A stretch of 64,000 nt of DNA. It comes from Chitinophagales bacterium (GTDB lineage: Bacteria > Bacteroidota > Bacteroidia > Chitinophagales > Saprospiraceae). Where the stretch lies: contig JAAFIM010000007.1 in the NCBI GenBank assembly GCA_013297745.1, positions 747 through 64,746 of the forward strand. Direction: 5' to 3'. A program made the translations under genes and the position numbers. The notes beneath the pieces are model-generated. The model had not been told where the DNA came from. It did not search any database and saw nothing but the letters and a program-made list of their open reading frames with translations. Every line of letters starts with the position of its first letter. Within the stretch, counting starts at the first letter, position 1. Shown one piece after another: positions 44,385 through 54,992 of this stretch.

Positions 44385-47129
44385 TTAAATACTTTCAAAC
44401 AAGCTAACCAAATCGCTAATTTTAGATTTTACAAACACAGGGCGTTGTTGGTTGATATTTTTTGCCATATCCTCAAAAACGAAGGTTTGCATCTCTCCTT
44501 TATTGGCGCGCATACCAATAACTTTTACTTTTGCGTTGGCGGGAACGCCCTGATAAGCGGCTGGGGTAATAAATTTATTGTTGGCAACTTCCATCGGCAC
44601 GATAACGTTCAATTCGGTAAAAACAAGATAACATTTATCCTCTGGGTTAGCTTCCACCATTATATTGGTATGGATTAAATCCTTTTCGTTATAAAAACGG
44701 TCGCAATTTACCCAGCCCAAGTTGGAGATAGTGGTTAAATTCTGCGCTACTGTGTTGAGTGCGTTCGCATCTACATTTTTCAAATTATTCAAATTATTTC
44801 TAGCGGAGGCAATTTTTGCTCTTTCACAAACTTGGTAATATCTGCGGTTGATGGATTGAAAACGGTTGTAAAACTCGCTTTGAAACGGAAACAAATAACT
44901 AAATTGGTAACAACTGCTTATCTCACGGCTTAAGATTTTAACATCAAAAGTAGTATCGCTTTCCGCTATTTGGAGGTTATTTTCTATGTTTAAAAAACTG
45001 CTATTAGCGAAAGCACCCAATAAAGCGTTGGTTTTTTGGTCAAATTGCGCCTGCATAGAAGAATAACGCGTTTGCAAAGCATCATTTTTTAAGTTGGCAT
45101 ATTTTATAGTAGATAAATTTCTGGAAAAATTAGTCCAAAGGCCTATATTTTGTCTGTTAATGCTGGTCATTTGCGCCATAACAGTTTCCATACGGTCTAA
45201 CCAAGCGTTGGCTTTGACGATGTATTTTTCGGTTAGCGCATTGTTAATTTTATTTATCAAATCCTTTTGTTTGTTGTAAGCGGTAGAGTCTATGCCCATT
45301 TTTTGCAATTTTTCAATCTTGCTGTTGAAAGCGGTCAAAGTTTGACAATTTTCGGCAGTGGATTTGCTCATTACATTCTTTTGGAACGATTGTATAGCGT
45401 ATAAAACCTCGTTTTCTCGTTGAGTTAAATCAAAACCAACATTCCAAAGGCTATCTCTATTGACGTTAACAAATACAGTATAATAAAAGTTGGTATTTAC
45501 GTTCTTATTGGAATTATTTCTATCGTAATTAAACGACACGCGCGATTCATCAAAACCAGCCTGTTTGCTGATAGTAAATAATTCGCCAGCAGCTTTTTTG
45601 TGTGCAGAACTCCAAGCATCGCTTGTAGTGCCCACATTCAGCAACTCTTTTTTAAGTTTTTGAGCCTCTTTTTTCAAATCTGTGAGTTGATTGATTTGGC
45701 ACAAGTATATAAAATAATCTAATTGGCGGATATCATCCACGGGCGATTTTATCCGTTTCGCTAAATTTACGCGCGCTTCTTGTACGTCTTTATGCTGTTG
45801 ATAAAATTTATAGAAGGTAGAATTTTTTCCCCCTTGGCAGATTGCAGTGAAATAATCAAAAGCGGCTTGGCGCGAATTTTTGTACAAAACCATCTGTTGG
45901 TTGTATTTAACCACATCGGCTTCATATTTTTGGGTAGCGGTTTCAAACTCACGCTGGCGTTGTTGGCGTTCAGCTAATTTTTTATTATAATTTTTAACCT
46001 GACTATCGTATTGTTTTTTAACCCGTGCTTCGTACTCGGTTAGTTTTTCTTTTTTGCCCCGTGGGAATTGGGTTTGAATACTCTCCATAGTCGGTTCTAT
46101 AGCTTTTACTGTAGCCAATTGGGGTTTTTGGGGCATAGCGGGCTGTTCAAAATACAACGTGTCTGGGTATTTGGCTTCGGCGTACAAAGGCGTGTAAAGT
46201 TCTACATTTAATTTGCTTAAGTTAGGCGTTTCCCGTTTATTGGTTTGATAATAATATTGCATATCAAACTGGGTGAAAGCCTGCTCTTGTGGTTTCCAAT
46301 TAGTAGAACTGTTATTATCGCTGCCGCTGCGATTAGCCGTAAATAATTGCATTCCTTCGGGTAATTTGCCGTTGGCGGGCATTCCCACCTGAATTTCTTT
46401 ACCCGCAGCAAGTTTCAACTCCGTGCCGTTGGCATCTTTTGCCCCGATATAAACCATTCCCCCCGTTTGGATGAGTTTGCCGTCGGAAACAGTGCTTACG
46501 TTATTCGCCAACATATCCCCGAAACTGTAAGCTTCTCTCAACTCCACCGTAACGGGATATTGGATTTTAACGTTGCCATCGGCTGCGCTGAATGCATCGG
46601 CTGGAATGGATAACATTGTTCCCTTTTGCCCGATAAGTACGGTGTCTTTGGAAGAATTACATTTGAAATCGGTTTTGTTCCGCTCTTGGAAATAGTTGAA
46701 AACGTCCCCTATATTTTGAGGGGCGAAGGTGCTGATGCTAACATCTACGCGGCGATTTTGGCGGCGGGCTTCTTCAATGTTTTTGTTTTTTCCCAACGCG
46801 ATTTCACCTACAGGCAAAACCACTTGGCGGCTGGGTAAAGGTAAGTTTCTACGCTGCAAAAAGCCGATAACGGATTCGGAACGGCGCGCTGCTAAGGCTT
46901 GGTTGTCTTCTTCGCTGCCTCTGTCGTCCGTGTAAGCGGAGATATTGAGTTCGTAATCGGGGGTATTTTTCAACTTTTGGGCTAATTCTTCTAAAGCTGC
47001 GCTATCTTTTTGCCCAATAAAGTGCTGTCCTGTTTCAAAATAAACTGCGCTATTGAATTGGTTGCTTTGCGCCAACGCTTGCAAGGTTAGGCAAAGCGCG
47101 GGTACTAATAAAATTTTTTTATTGGTCAT
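44385..47129 (-). CDS. Large OmpA-family protein (N-terminal OmpA_C-like peptidoglycan-binding domain)
   Basis: Start chosen at the MTNKKILLVPALCLTLQALAQ signal peptide. The OmpA_C-like segment is NISAYTDDRGSEEDNQALAARRSESV...RRVDVSI. The long C-terminal region is unknown. Confidence 0.65.
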   Translation of the reverse strand: MTNKKILLVPALCLTLQALAQSNQFNSAVYFETGQHFIGQKDSAALEELAQKLKNTPDYELNISAYTDDRGSEEDNQALAARRSESVIGFLQRRNLPLPSRQVVLPVGEIALGKNKNIEEARRQNRRVDVSISTFAPQNIGDVFNYFQERNKTDFKCNSSKDTVLIGQKGTMLSIPADAFSAADGNVKIQYPVTVELREAYSFGDMLANNVSTVSDGKLIQTGGMVYIGAKDANGTELKLAAGKEIQVGMPANGKLPEGMQLFTANRSGSDNNSSTNWKPQEQAFTQFDMQYYYQTNKRETPNLSKLNVELYTPLYAEAKYPDTLYFEQPAMPQKPQLATVKAIEPTMESIQTQFPRGKKEKLTEYEARVKKQYDSQVKNYNKKLAERQQRQREFETATQKYEADVVKYNQQMVLYKNSRQAAFDYFTAICQGGKNSTFYKFYQQHKDVQEARVNLAKRIKSPVDDIRQLDYFIYLCQINQLTDLKKEAQKLKKELLNVGTTSDAWSSAHKKAAGELFTISKQAGFDESRVSFNYDRNNSNKNVNTNFYYTVFVNVNRDSLWNVGFDLTQRENEVLYAIQSFQKNVMSKSTAENCQTLTAFNSKIEKLQKMGIDSTAYNKQKDLINKINNALTEKYIVKANAWLDRMETVMAQMTSINRQNIGLWTNFSRNLSTIKYANLKNDALQTRYSSMQAQFDQKTNALLGAFANSSFLNIENNLQIAESDTTFDVKILSREISSCYQFSYLFPFQSEFYNRFQSINRRYYQVCERAKIASARNNLNNLKNVDANALNTVAQNLTTISNLGWVNCDRFYNEKDLIHTNIMVEANPEDKCYLVFTELNVIVPMEVANNKFITPAAYQGVPANAKVKVIGMRANKGEMQTFVFEDMAKNINQQRPVFVKSKISDLVSLFESI

Positions 47130-47275
47130 AAGTCGGATTAAATTTTTGAGCTTATCGCTGTGGGTTATTTTATTGTGTGATGCTTTTATAATACGAACTT
47201 GAGAAAAGGTTACAAAATTTTGAAAAAAATGATAAAAAAAAGCAACAAGATTTAACACCTCGTTGCTTTTTACCG

Positions 47276-48619
47276 TTATCGGTTATTTTTGCGCTTATCC
47301 CAAGCTTCTTTTGGGGTTGGATTCCAATGTCCGACACCACCCCCGCGCTGGTCGTTGAATGTGGTGGGGGCTTTATCTTTGGCTGCATAATCTGCCCAAG
47401 TTTCGGCTGGGGCGGTGATGTCATCGCGGCGTTCCATAGTGATACAGTTATCAACGGGGCAAACCAAAGAGCAAAGATTGCAACCAACACAATTATCTTC
47501 TATAATTTGCGGCACGCGGACACCTTTATCCACAGAAACGCTAATAGCTTGGTGTGCGCCATCTTCGCAGGCGGTATAACAGAGTTGGCAACCTATACAT
47601 TTGCTGGAGTCTATAGTAGCCACAACTTTATGATTGAGGTTTAAATCCTCCCAATGTTTGACCTTGGGCAGCGATAAGCCGATAAAATCATTAAGCGTTT
47701 CAAAATTTTTCTGGCGCATAAAATCCTCCAACCCCGCTATCATCTCCCGCACGATGCCAAACCCGTAGTGCATAGCAGCCGTACAAACTTGCACATTGCT
47801 CGCGCCCAATAGTAAATGTTCTACAGCATCGCGCCAAGTTTCTATCCCCCCAATGCCAGAAATGGGCAAGCGCACGTTTTCATCCAAAGCGCAGTTTTTA
47901 ACCATATTCAACGCTATTGGTTTAACCGCAGGGCCACAATAGCCGCCGTTGGTGCTTTGGTTGCCTACCACAGGGTAAGGAACGAGGTTATCCAAATCTA
48001 TGCCCACTATACTTTGTATGGTGTTTATCAACGAGATAGCATCCGCACCAGCGCGGCGGGCAGCTTTGGCGGGTTCGGTAATATCGGTTATGTTGGGGGT
48101 TAGTTTGACAATGACGGGAACTTTGGCCACTTCCATAACCCAGCGGGTGATAGTTTCCAACGCTATAGGATTTTGCCCTACGGCTGAACCCATACCGCGC
48201 TCGCACATCCCGTGAGGGCAGCCAAAGTTGAGTTCCAACCCGTCCGCGCCCGCATTTTGTGCATCTTTTACGATTTGATGCCATTCTTCGCGGGTATTAA
48301 CCATCAGCGAGGCGATAACGGCGTGGTCGGGGAAGTATTTTTTAACCTCTTCTATCTCGCGCAAATTATCGGCGAGGGGGCGGTCGGTGATAAGTTCTAT
48401 ATTGTTGAAACCTATCATTTTATTCCCTTTATAATTGAGCGCGCCATAGCGGCTGGATACGTTGATAACGGGCACTCCTAACGTTTTCCACACAGCACCG
48501 CCCCAGCCCGCGTCAAAAGCTTTCATAATCTGATAACCTGAATTGGTGGGGGGGGCAGAAGCTAACCAAAAGGGGTTGGGGGATTTAATCCCCGCTAAAT
48601 TTGCGGATATATTTGGCAT
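47276..48619 (-). CDS. preA: NAD-dependent dihydropyrimidine dehydrogenase subunit PreA (DHOD-like TIM barrel plus 2x 4Fe-4S ferredoxin)
   Basis: The FMN-binding barrel has the dihydroorotate dehydrogenase-like fold. The C-terminus has two CxxCxxCxxxCP clusters. Confidence 0.8.
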   Translation of the reverse strand: MPNISANLAGIKSPNPFWLASAPPTNSGYQIMKAFDAGWGGAVWKTLGVPVINVSSRYGALNYKGNKMIGFNNIELITDRPLADNLREIEEVKKYFPDHAVIASLMVNTREEWHQIVKDAQNAGADGLELNFGCPHGMCERGMGSAVGQNPIALETITRWVMEVAKVPVIVKLTPNITDITEPAKAARRAGADAISLINTIQSIVGIDLDNLVPYPVVGNQSTNGGYCGPAVKPIALNMVKNCALDENVRLPISGIGGIETWRDAVEHLLLGASNVQVCTAAMHYGFGIVREMIAGLEDFMRQKNFETLNDFIGLSLPKVKHWEDLNLNHKVVATIDSSKCIGCQLCYTACEDGAHQAISVSVDKGVRVPQIIEDNCVGCNLCSLVCPVDNCITMERRDDITAPAETWADYAAKDKAPTTFNDQRGGGVGHWNPTPKEAWDKRKNNR

Positions 48620-48666
48620 AGATTGAGTTCTATTTGGTAAAAAAAGGGTTTGAAAAGGGATAAAAA

Positions 48667-49962
48667 TTAGCTAAAAAGGGTTTTTATCATCGCTTGGGCT
48701 GCTTTTTTCGCTTCAGCGCAGGCATTGACAACTTCAGCACCGCCATTAACAGCATCGCCGCCAGCAAAATAGCGCGGGTTGGTTGTTTGGAATTGCTCAT
48801 TGACCACGATTTTGCCCTGTTTGTTGAGGGTTAAACCGTCTATTTGGGATAAAAACTGGGTTTGTTTCTGCTGTCCTGTGGCTAAAACGACCATATCGCA
48901 GCCAATTTCTACCGTTTCGCCCTTTTCGTTGGTAAAACTTACCCCTTTTAGGCTGTTGTCGCCCAAGAGTTGGGCTGGTGCTAACCCAAAAATGCCCTGA
49001 ACGCCCACTTGTTTGGCTAAATCGTACTCAAATTCGTAAGCGGACATCTCTTCTTTGGATTTTCTATACACCAATTTCACCGAAGCTGCGCCCATTCTGG
49101 CTGTTTCTGATGCTGCGTCCATAGCTGTGTTGCCACCACCCACAATGACCACGTTTTTACCAATTACTACTTTTTGGAAATCGGTTTTCAACTGTTCTAT
49201 AAACTCGGTCGCGCCCCATACATTCGCCCAATTTTGAGTATTCGCCAAAACGGGGTTGGTCGCGCCCAAGCCTATACCCAAAAATATCCCATCAAAATCA
49301 GCTTCCAATTTAGCCAACTGTTCTTTGCTGCTAATGGGCTGGTTGTAATGGATAGAAAACCCAAACTGCGCTTGCAAATAAGCCACCTCTTCCAATATCT
49401 CTTGATTGGTGATTTTATACGGTGCGACCCCATAAAGTGCCAACCCTGAAGGAGAAGATTTAGATTCAAAAATATGCACTTCTACTCCAGCTTTGCTCAA
49501 CTCGCAAGCGGCGGCAATACCCGCTGGGCCTGCGCCGATAACGGCAACTTTTCCTTTATTTTTTTCTTTGGGAACTGCGTACAAGGCTATATTTTCGCTT
49601 ATGGCGTGTTGGGAAGCGTAACTTTGCAAGCGGCCAATTTCTATAGGTTTATTTTGGCTATGATTGTGTACGCAAGCCCCTTCGCAAAGTACTTCTGTGG
49701 GGCAAACTTTGCCGCAGATATTCGCAAAATAGTTGGAGTTGTAAATCGTGCGGGCTGAACCCTGCAGATTGTCTGTGTGGATTTGTTTGATGAATAAAGC
49801 GATGTCAATTCCTGTGGGGCAGGCTTGCTGGCAGGGCGCATCGTAGCAAAACAAACAGCGCGCGCTCTCGTTGTAGGCCATTGTAGCGCTCATATCGGGC
49901 TTGATTTGGGCAAAATTTTGCTCGTACTCGGCTACAGTTAGCGGTCTTTGATATTCTGGCAT
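48667..49962 (-). CDS. preT: Dihydropyrimidine dehydrogenase subunit PreT (GltD-like FAD/NAD oxidoreductase)
   Basis: N-terminal Cys clusters and the dinucleotide-binding motif VAVIGAGPAG, as in glutamate synthase small subunit. Confidence 0.8.
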   Translation of the reverse strand: MPEYQRPLTVAEYEQNFAQIKPDMSATMAYNESARCLFCYDAPCQQACPTGIDIALFIKQIHTDNLQGSARTIYNSNYFANICGKVCPTEVLCEGACVHNHSQNKPIEIGRLQSYASQHAISENIALYAVPKEKNKGKVAVIGAGPAGIAAACELSKAGVEVHIFESKSSPSGLALYGVAPYKITNQEILEEVAYLQAQFGFSIHYNQPISSKEQLAKLEADFDGIFLGIGLGATNPVLANTQNWANVWGATEFIEQLKTDFQKVVIGKNVVIVGGGNTAMDAASETARMGAASVKLVYRKSKEEMSAYEFEYDLAKQVGVQGIFGLAPAQLLGDNSLKGVSFTNEKGETVEIGCDMVVLATGQQKQTQFLSQIDGLTLNKQGKIVVNEQFQTTNPRYFAGGDAVNGGAEVVNACAEAKKAAQAMIKTLFS

Positions 49963-50141
49963 AAAAACTAACTTTGATTTTTTGAATTGTTTGAAAAACA
50001 GGGTTGCAAATGTATAAATTTAGTTTTGCGATTACAACCTTTTCCCGCTAAAAATTTGTTATTTGTAATTAGTCTAAAAATAAAGATTGGGTTTTTTATA
50101 TTAAAAAAGCCCTTTTTCTTCACGAAAAAGAGCTTTTTATT

Positions 50142-50999
50142 CTATAATTTTATAATTTTTTCTCTGTATTTAGATTTACCATTCCGCACCTCCACCACAT
50201 ACACACCAGCCGCCAAATGGCTAATGTCTAACTGCTGCCAATCGTTTTCTTTGCGCTGCAATAGTTGCCCGTTTAGGTTATAAATCAAAATTTCTGGACT
50301 TTCGGGCGCGTCTATGCTCACATTTACGAAACTTTGGGCAAGAGTGGGGTATATTTTAACCCCCGCATCTTGAGTTTTATTCACGTCGATAGTCAGACTA
50401 TCATTCGCAAAGGTCATAAATACAAAAAACAAAGTATCTGTAGCTCCGCTTTGCATCGTTTGGTTGGGATAGATAGTGGCAGGATAGCTATAATTAGCCG
50501 CTATAGCTGTATCTAAAGTTACGGTCATAAACCCTTGTGAGGACATAGTAATGTGCAAAGCATCATCAAAATGTGGATGCACCAATTGCATATTATTAGT
50601 AGTGATAACGCTATTATCGCGGCAATTATCTTGAAATAAAGACGCATCCCAACTTAATTCTACAGGCGGGTACATACAACTAAAGGCTATACCCATACCA
50701 AATGTTTGTTGGTCTGGCGCGCAATCCCAATAATCATAACCTTTTTTCCAACTTCTTGAAGGATTATCCCAGCCAGTAAATCGCAATTCCAAAGTATCTT
50801 TAAAAGGCATACCCGTATATTCTGTTCCGTAATCGGAAAAAGATATATTGGTGTTATCAGCATAACCAACCAAAACACTATCCCTATTTCCCACAGCATC
50901 AGTAATATACAAATAAAATTCAAAGTCAGGCACAAATTGCGCCTTTACATTCTGAACAAAAGCAGCAAAAAGCGCGAAAACAACGATTATATTTTTCAT
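50142..50999 (-). CDS. Secreted protein with T9SS C-terminal sorting domain
   Basis: Signal peptide. The C-terminus AAGVYVVEVRNGKSKYREKIIKL is a type-A T9SS CTD. Confidence 0.6.
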   Translation of the reverse strand: MKNIIVVFALFAAFVQNVKAQFVPDFEFYLYITDAVGNRDSVLVGYADNTNISFSDYGTEYTGMPFKDTLELRFTGWDNPSRSWKKGYDYWDCAPDQQTFGMGIAFSCMYPPVELSWDASLFQDNCRDNSVITTNNMQLVHPHFDDALHITMSSQGFMTVTLDTAIAANYSYPATIYPNQTMQSGATDTLFFVFMTFANDSLTIDVNKTQDAGVKIYPTLAQSFVNVSIDAPESPEILIYNLNGQLLQRKENDWQQLDISHLAAGVYVVEVRNGKSKYREKIIKL

Positions 51000-51018
51000 T
51001 TTATGTTGATTTTATGGG

Positions 51019-52635
51019 TTAAGGGATAAAAAAGCGTTGTGTTTCTATACTTTCAGCCGTTTGTACAGCTAAAATATAAAAGTTGTTGGGCAATAAAGTT
51101 TCCAAATTGTTTAAATCTAAAATGTTATCGCCCGCTTGTAAAGTCGTTTTGGGCTGTTGATATAACACTCTACCCATAAAATCATAGATATAAACTTGAG
51201 CTTGTTGTTCTGTTTCGGAGTATAAAATGTAACTTTTGGGTTGACGCGGTAAAATTGTTATACTTTTCTTTATTGGCACTGTAGGAACTGGTGTGCTGGT
51301 TTCTGGAGTACAAGGCACTACAGCAATCCACTGTGTTTGTTCACTCGTTGGCAAACAACCCGTTTTAGAAGTCATAACCCTAATTCTATAGTTTTTACCC
51401 ACTTGAAAGTTATAATTGCAAAAAGTACGCAAGTTAATCTGTCCCAACTGACCGCTATATTGCTGCATAAAATGATTGCCTAAAATAATATTAGAACCAC
51501 CCGTGCTAACCTCAAAAATTTCTATCAAATAACTATCTTCATTGAAACTACCGCGTCCGTCAAGCGGCACATCTACAGGAAAATATCCACCGCCTACTTT
51601 AGCACGAGCGCAAAATTGCGGGTTAATAGTATAAAAAGTATTAGCAGGCAAACAACCAGCGCAACTGTGTACATAATTTCGCATATAACCGTTGCTAAGT
51701 TTGTTGTGTATGGTATCTATTTGGCAAGGGCTTAAAGCAGCAGGGTGTTCAGAATAAGACATCATATTATTACTTTGAACACTCCAATTATTCAAACAAA
51801 TTACAGGGTCGGAGTCATATATTGACCAACAATTCGGGTGGTCTGGTGTGTCTTCACAATAGTCGCCCCAATATGGCGCTACATTTGTATTTTCATAATC
51901 GTGATAAGTAAGTCCACACAAATGCCCAATTTCGTGGTTCAATAAATCAGCTGCATAAGCAGAACCCCAGCTTGGATATTGCCCATATTTAAACCAGCAA
52001 TCCATCATTTTTGTAGCAGCACCATTCTGAAAACCTGCCATACCGCCAGAACGCGGTTGATTAAGAATATAGATGTTTATTGTATTCAGTGTGTTTACGC
52101 CGTAGAGGACATTTAGTGAAAAACTTCCATTGTCGTTAGTATTCCAGTAAGTACTTTTATGCCAATATACGCCATTAAGTAACAAACGCACCCGCATTGG
52201 GATAAATTTATTTGCTGTGCCGTTATATTGCCATACGCCATAATCGCCAGCATCTTGATGTCCCCAAATCACATTAGCTTTTTCTACCATTTCTTCGGCG
52301 AAAGTGTAGCCCGTGTAATTTGAATTGCCGTAGCCGTCCTCGTGTGGTAAAAAATTATTGCCGCCAGCATCATCCAGCATAAAATGCACATTTACGCGTA
52401 CATTTTTGGTGGCTGTGGGCGAATTGCAGGGCGGAAATCGCAACCTATACTCTTCCAACTCTGCCGCTGTAGGTTGGGGAATTTCGGCACGCTGGCTTTC
52501 CTCAAACAAACAATGATGTTGTCGCGTTTGTGCTTGAGTTATCTGCATAAAACAGCAGCAAATCAACGTTAAATAATACGGTAAAAATAGGCTTTGCCTA
52601 TTCTTTTGTTTGTGTAAATGCTTTATTTGTAGCAT
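51019..52635 (-). CDS. M43 (pappalysin/cytophagalysin-like) zinc metalloprotease with T9SS C-terminal domain
   Basis: HEIGHLCGLTYH zinc-binding motif. The C-terminus NFYILAVQTAESIETQRFFIP is CTD-like. Signal peptide present. Confidence 0.7.
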   Translation of the reverse strand: MLQIKHLHKQKNRQSLFLPYYLTLICCCFMQITQAQTRQHHCLFEESQRAEIPQPTAAELEEYRLRFPPCNSPTATKNVRVNVHFMLDDAGGNNFLPHEDGYGNSNYTGYTFAEEMVEKANVIWGHQDAGDYGVWQYNGTANKFIPMRVRLLLNGVYWHKSTYWNTNDNGSFSLNVLYGVNTLNTINIYILNQPRSGGMAGFQNGAATKMMDCWFKYGQYPSWGSAYAADLLNHEIGHLCGLTYHDYENTNVAPYWGDYCEDTPDHPNCWSIYDSDPVICLNNWSVQSNNMMSYSEHPAALSPCQIDTIHNKLSNGYMRNYVHSCAGCLPANTFYTINPQFCARAKVGGGYFPVDVPLDGRGSFNEDSYLIEIFEVSTGGSNIILGNHFMQQYSGQLGQINLRTFCNYNFQVGKNYRIRVMTSKTGCLPTSEQTQWIAVVPCTPETSTPVPTVPIKKSITILPRQPKSYILYSETEQQAQVYIYDFMGRVLYQQPKTTLQAGDNILDLNNLETLLPNNFYILAVQTAESIETQRFFIP

Positions 52636-52765
52636 AATACAAAATTTAAAAGGTTATAAAAAAGTTATATTGTCGTTAAGACCGTACAAATGTATACTTT
52701 TTTTATTTATATACAAGCACTTTTATTTTAAAAAATCGTTTATAATTTTAAAAATAAATAAGATT

Positions 52766-53776
52766 ATGTCCATTAAAAATATACTGTTTAAAACCTTATC
52801 TTGGCTGCAAATTCCCGCTTGGATAAGAAATAATAAGCCCAAACAGCAAATTATTACCGTTTTGTCCCTACACAGGATTAATGCCGAAAAAGACCCCGTT
52901 TGGCAATCGGTTAGCCCCCAAAATTTTAAAAATTTGTTGCGGTATGTGAGCCAACATTATCAAGTTTGCCATTTTCGCGATATTGCGGGTTTAATTAATG
53001 ATAAAAATAATAAGCGTCCTTTGCTGGTGTTGAGTTTTGACGATGGCTACGCCGATTTTATGGAATTTGCCCTGCCTTTATTGCAAAAATATCAGCTTAA
53101 AGCCAACCATAATTTAGTTTATAACTGTTTGGAGTATCAACAAACGATTTGGACGCAGCATTTCAACCAGATTTTCAACCATTTATACCAGCAAAAAACT
53201 CAAACTACTGTAGAATGGAACGGCAAAAATTATCTGTTGGCGGATGATAAAAATTGGTATGGAATTTATCAGCAAGTTTTTGCCGCGGCTATGCAAACTG
53301 CTGCTAATCAGCGCAATGAGCAGATTGATTTGTTGTTAAAACGGTTTAATTTAGCCCCTTTGCGGGAAAAAATGATGACTTGGCAAGACGCTAAAGACTG
53401 TTTGCACACAGGTTTGGTAGAAATTGGTTCGCACACGATAAGCCACGATATTTTGCCCTCAATTAGCAACCAAGAGCAGCTGGAAACGGAAATTTATCAA
53501 TCCAAACAACTCATCGAGGAAAAATTGGGGGAAGAAATTAGCGTTTTCGCCCTGCCGAATGGACAAAATAGTCCACAAATAACCCAAATGGCAGAAGCGG
53601 CTGCTTACCAATTTTTGTTAGAAACTGGCGACCGCAACGAAAAATGGGAAAATATAGCCAATCAGCAGCTCAAAATTTTGCCGCGTATCAATGTAGAAAA
53701 TGAAGCTGAAAGCCAAATTCCGCTTCGGGTAGAAAATGTTCGGGGCAAAATTCGCTCATTTTTTGATAAAAAATAA
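52766..53776 (+). CDS. Polysaccharide deacetylase (NodB-homology, CE4) family protein
   Basis: LVLSFDDGYADF (motif 1) and HTISH. Start moved to MSIKNIL to avoid the AT-rich overlap with the upstream gene. Confidence 0.7.
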   Translation: MSIKNILFKTLSWLQIPAWIRNNKPKQQIITVLSLHRINAEKDPVWQSVSPQNFKNLLRYVSQHYQVCHFRDIAGLINDKNNKRPLLVLSFDDGYADFMEFALPLLQKYQLKANHNLVYNCLEYQQTIWTQHFNQIFNHLYQQKTQTTVEWNGKNYLLADDKNWYGIYQQVFAAAMQTAANQRNEQIDLLLKRFNLAPLREKMMTWQDAKDCLHTGLVEIGSHTISHDILPSISNQEQLETEIYQSKQLIEEKLGEEISVFALPNGQNSPQITQMAEAAAYQFLLETGDRNEKWENIANQQLKILPRINVENEAESQIPLRVENVRGKIRSFFDKK

Positions 53777-53891
53777 AAATATCTTAAAATGCTAATTTGC
53801 TAAAAATCAACGTTTTAAATATATAAATATAAAAAATATGAAAAAAAGTTGAAAAAAAGTGCATTTTTTTAGCATTTTTTTGCGAAAAAAT

Positions 53892-53922
53892 TTGGTGGAA
53901 CTAAAAACTCGTCTTACCTTTG
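53892..53922 (+). promoter_or_regulatory. Bacteroidetes-type promoter for tRNA-Val tandem (-33 TTG, 20-bp spacer, -7 TACCTTTG)
   Basis: TTG at 53892..53894 and TACCTTTG at 53915..53922. It ends 18 nt upstream of the tRNA 5' end. Confidence 0.5.
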
Positions 53923-53939
53923 CACCGCAATAAATGAAA

Positions 53940-54014
53940 GGGCGGTTAGCTCAGCTGGTCTAGAGCATCTGCCTTACAAGCAGAGGGTCACAGGTTCGAA
54001 CCCTGTACTGCCCA
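53940..54014 (+). tRNA. tRNA-Val (anticodon UAC); no encoded CCA
   Basis: A cloverleaf can be folded by hand: acceptor GGGCGGT/ACTGCCC, D-arm GCTC...GAGC, anticodon loop CTTACAA, T-arm ACAGG-TTCGAAC-CCTGT. Confidence 0.9.
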
Positions 54015-54078
54015 CAAACAATTATCAACTTTCATTTATTTTCAATCGAAAATAAAGTTTTCCAACTTTTTCTTCTTC

Positions 54079-54153
54079 GGGCGGTTAGCTCAGCTGGTCT
54101 AGAGCATCTGCCTTACAAGCAGAGGGTCACAGGTTCGAACCCTGTACTGCCCA
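54079..54153 (+). tRNA. tRNA-Val (anticodon UAC), identical duplicate; CCA encoded
   Basis: Identical 75-nt sequence to the first copy, followed by CCA. Confidence 0.9.
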
Positions 54154-54349
54154 CCAAAAGCTGTTTATACGAAAGTATAAGCAGTTTTTTTTTGCCAAAA
54201 AATAAAAAAATAGACTTTTGGCACGATTTTTGCTATAGATTGTGAATAAAATAGCTAATTTTTGCCCCAACGGTAACGTTTTTAGTTATAACCACATTAA
54301 AAGCGAAATATACAAACATTCAATCTCACCATAAACAAATTTCTTCCCA

Positions 54350-54889
54350 ATGAGAAACTTACTTCAATATGTTGCAATCGCTGGTTTTGCAGTTTTGTCC
54401 GCTTGCAACAATCCTCAATCAGCCGAACAAATTGCAGGGGCAGCAGCCAACACAAATGCAGATGCCAATCGCGCTATAGTAGCCAACAAAAAAGCTATAG
54501 CTTCCGCTTATTACTACAAAACCTTGGCTTCCTTCAAAGGGGGAAAAGCAACTACCGATTTGGGCACTATGACTGAATTGTCCAACGCAAAGGTTAGTTT
54601 GGTGGTTATGTTTGAAAGTGGTGCAACTTGGGCTGTACCTTTCGCTTCTGGTGATTTTAGCAAAACAGGCGATGACAAATTTAACGGCTTGATGGAATCT
54701 CACGGCTTGGCTATAGCCAAACATTTCGAAATAGACGACCTCAATGAAGGCTTAGTTTTAGAAGCTAGTCAGGGGGTTGTGGATAATCCAATAGAAGCAG
54801 CCCGCGAAATTTCTATGATAGAGGCTGTATTGATGGTTGAGGTAAAAGAAACCCCAATCGATGTCAATAGCTCAACTGTTAGCAAATAA
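54350..54889 (+). CDS. Hypothetical lipoprotein
   Basis: AVLSAC lipobox. Terminator hairpin after the stop. Confidence 0.5.
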   Translation: MRNLLQYVAIAGFAVLSACNNPQSAEQIAGAAANTNADANRAIVANKKAIASAYYYKTLASFKGGKATTDLGTMTELSNAKVSLVVMFESGATWAVPFASGDFSKTGDDKFNGLMESHGLAIAKHFEIDDLNEGLVLEASQGVVDNPIEAAREISMIEAVLMVEVKETPIDVNSSTVSK

Positions 54890-54992
54890 TTTAAGCCTGT
54901 TTTAAACAAGTTATCAAAAAAAATGTTATAAAAAAGTCCTAACGTGTGTTGGGACTTTTTTTTTATCTATAAACTTTTACGATTCTTTATTT

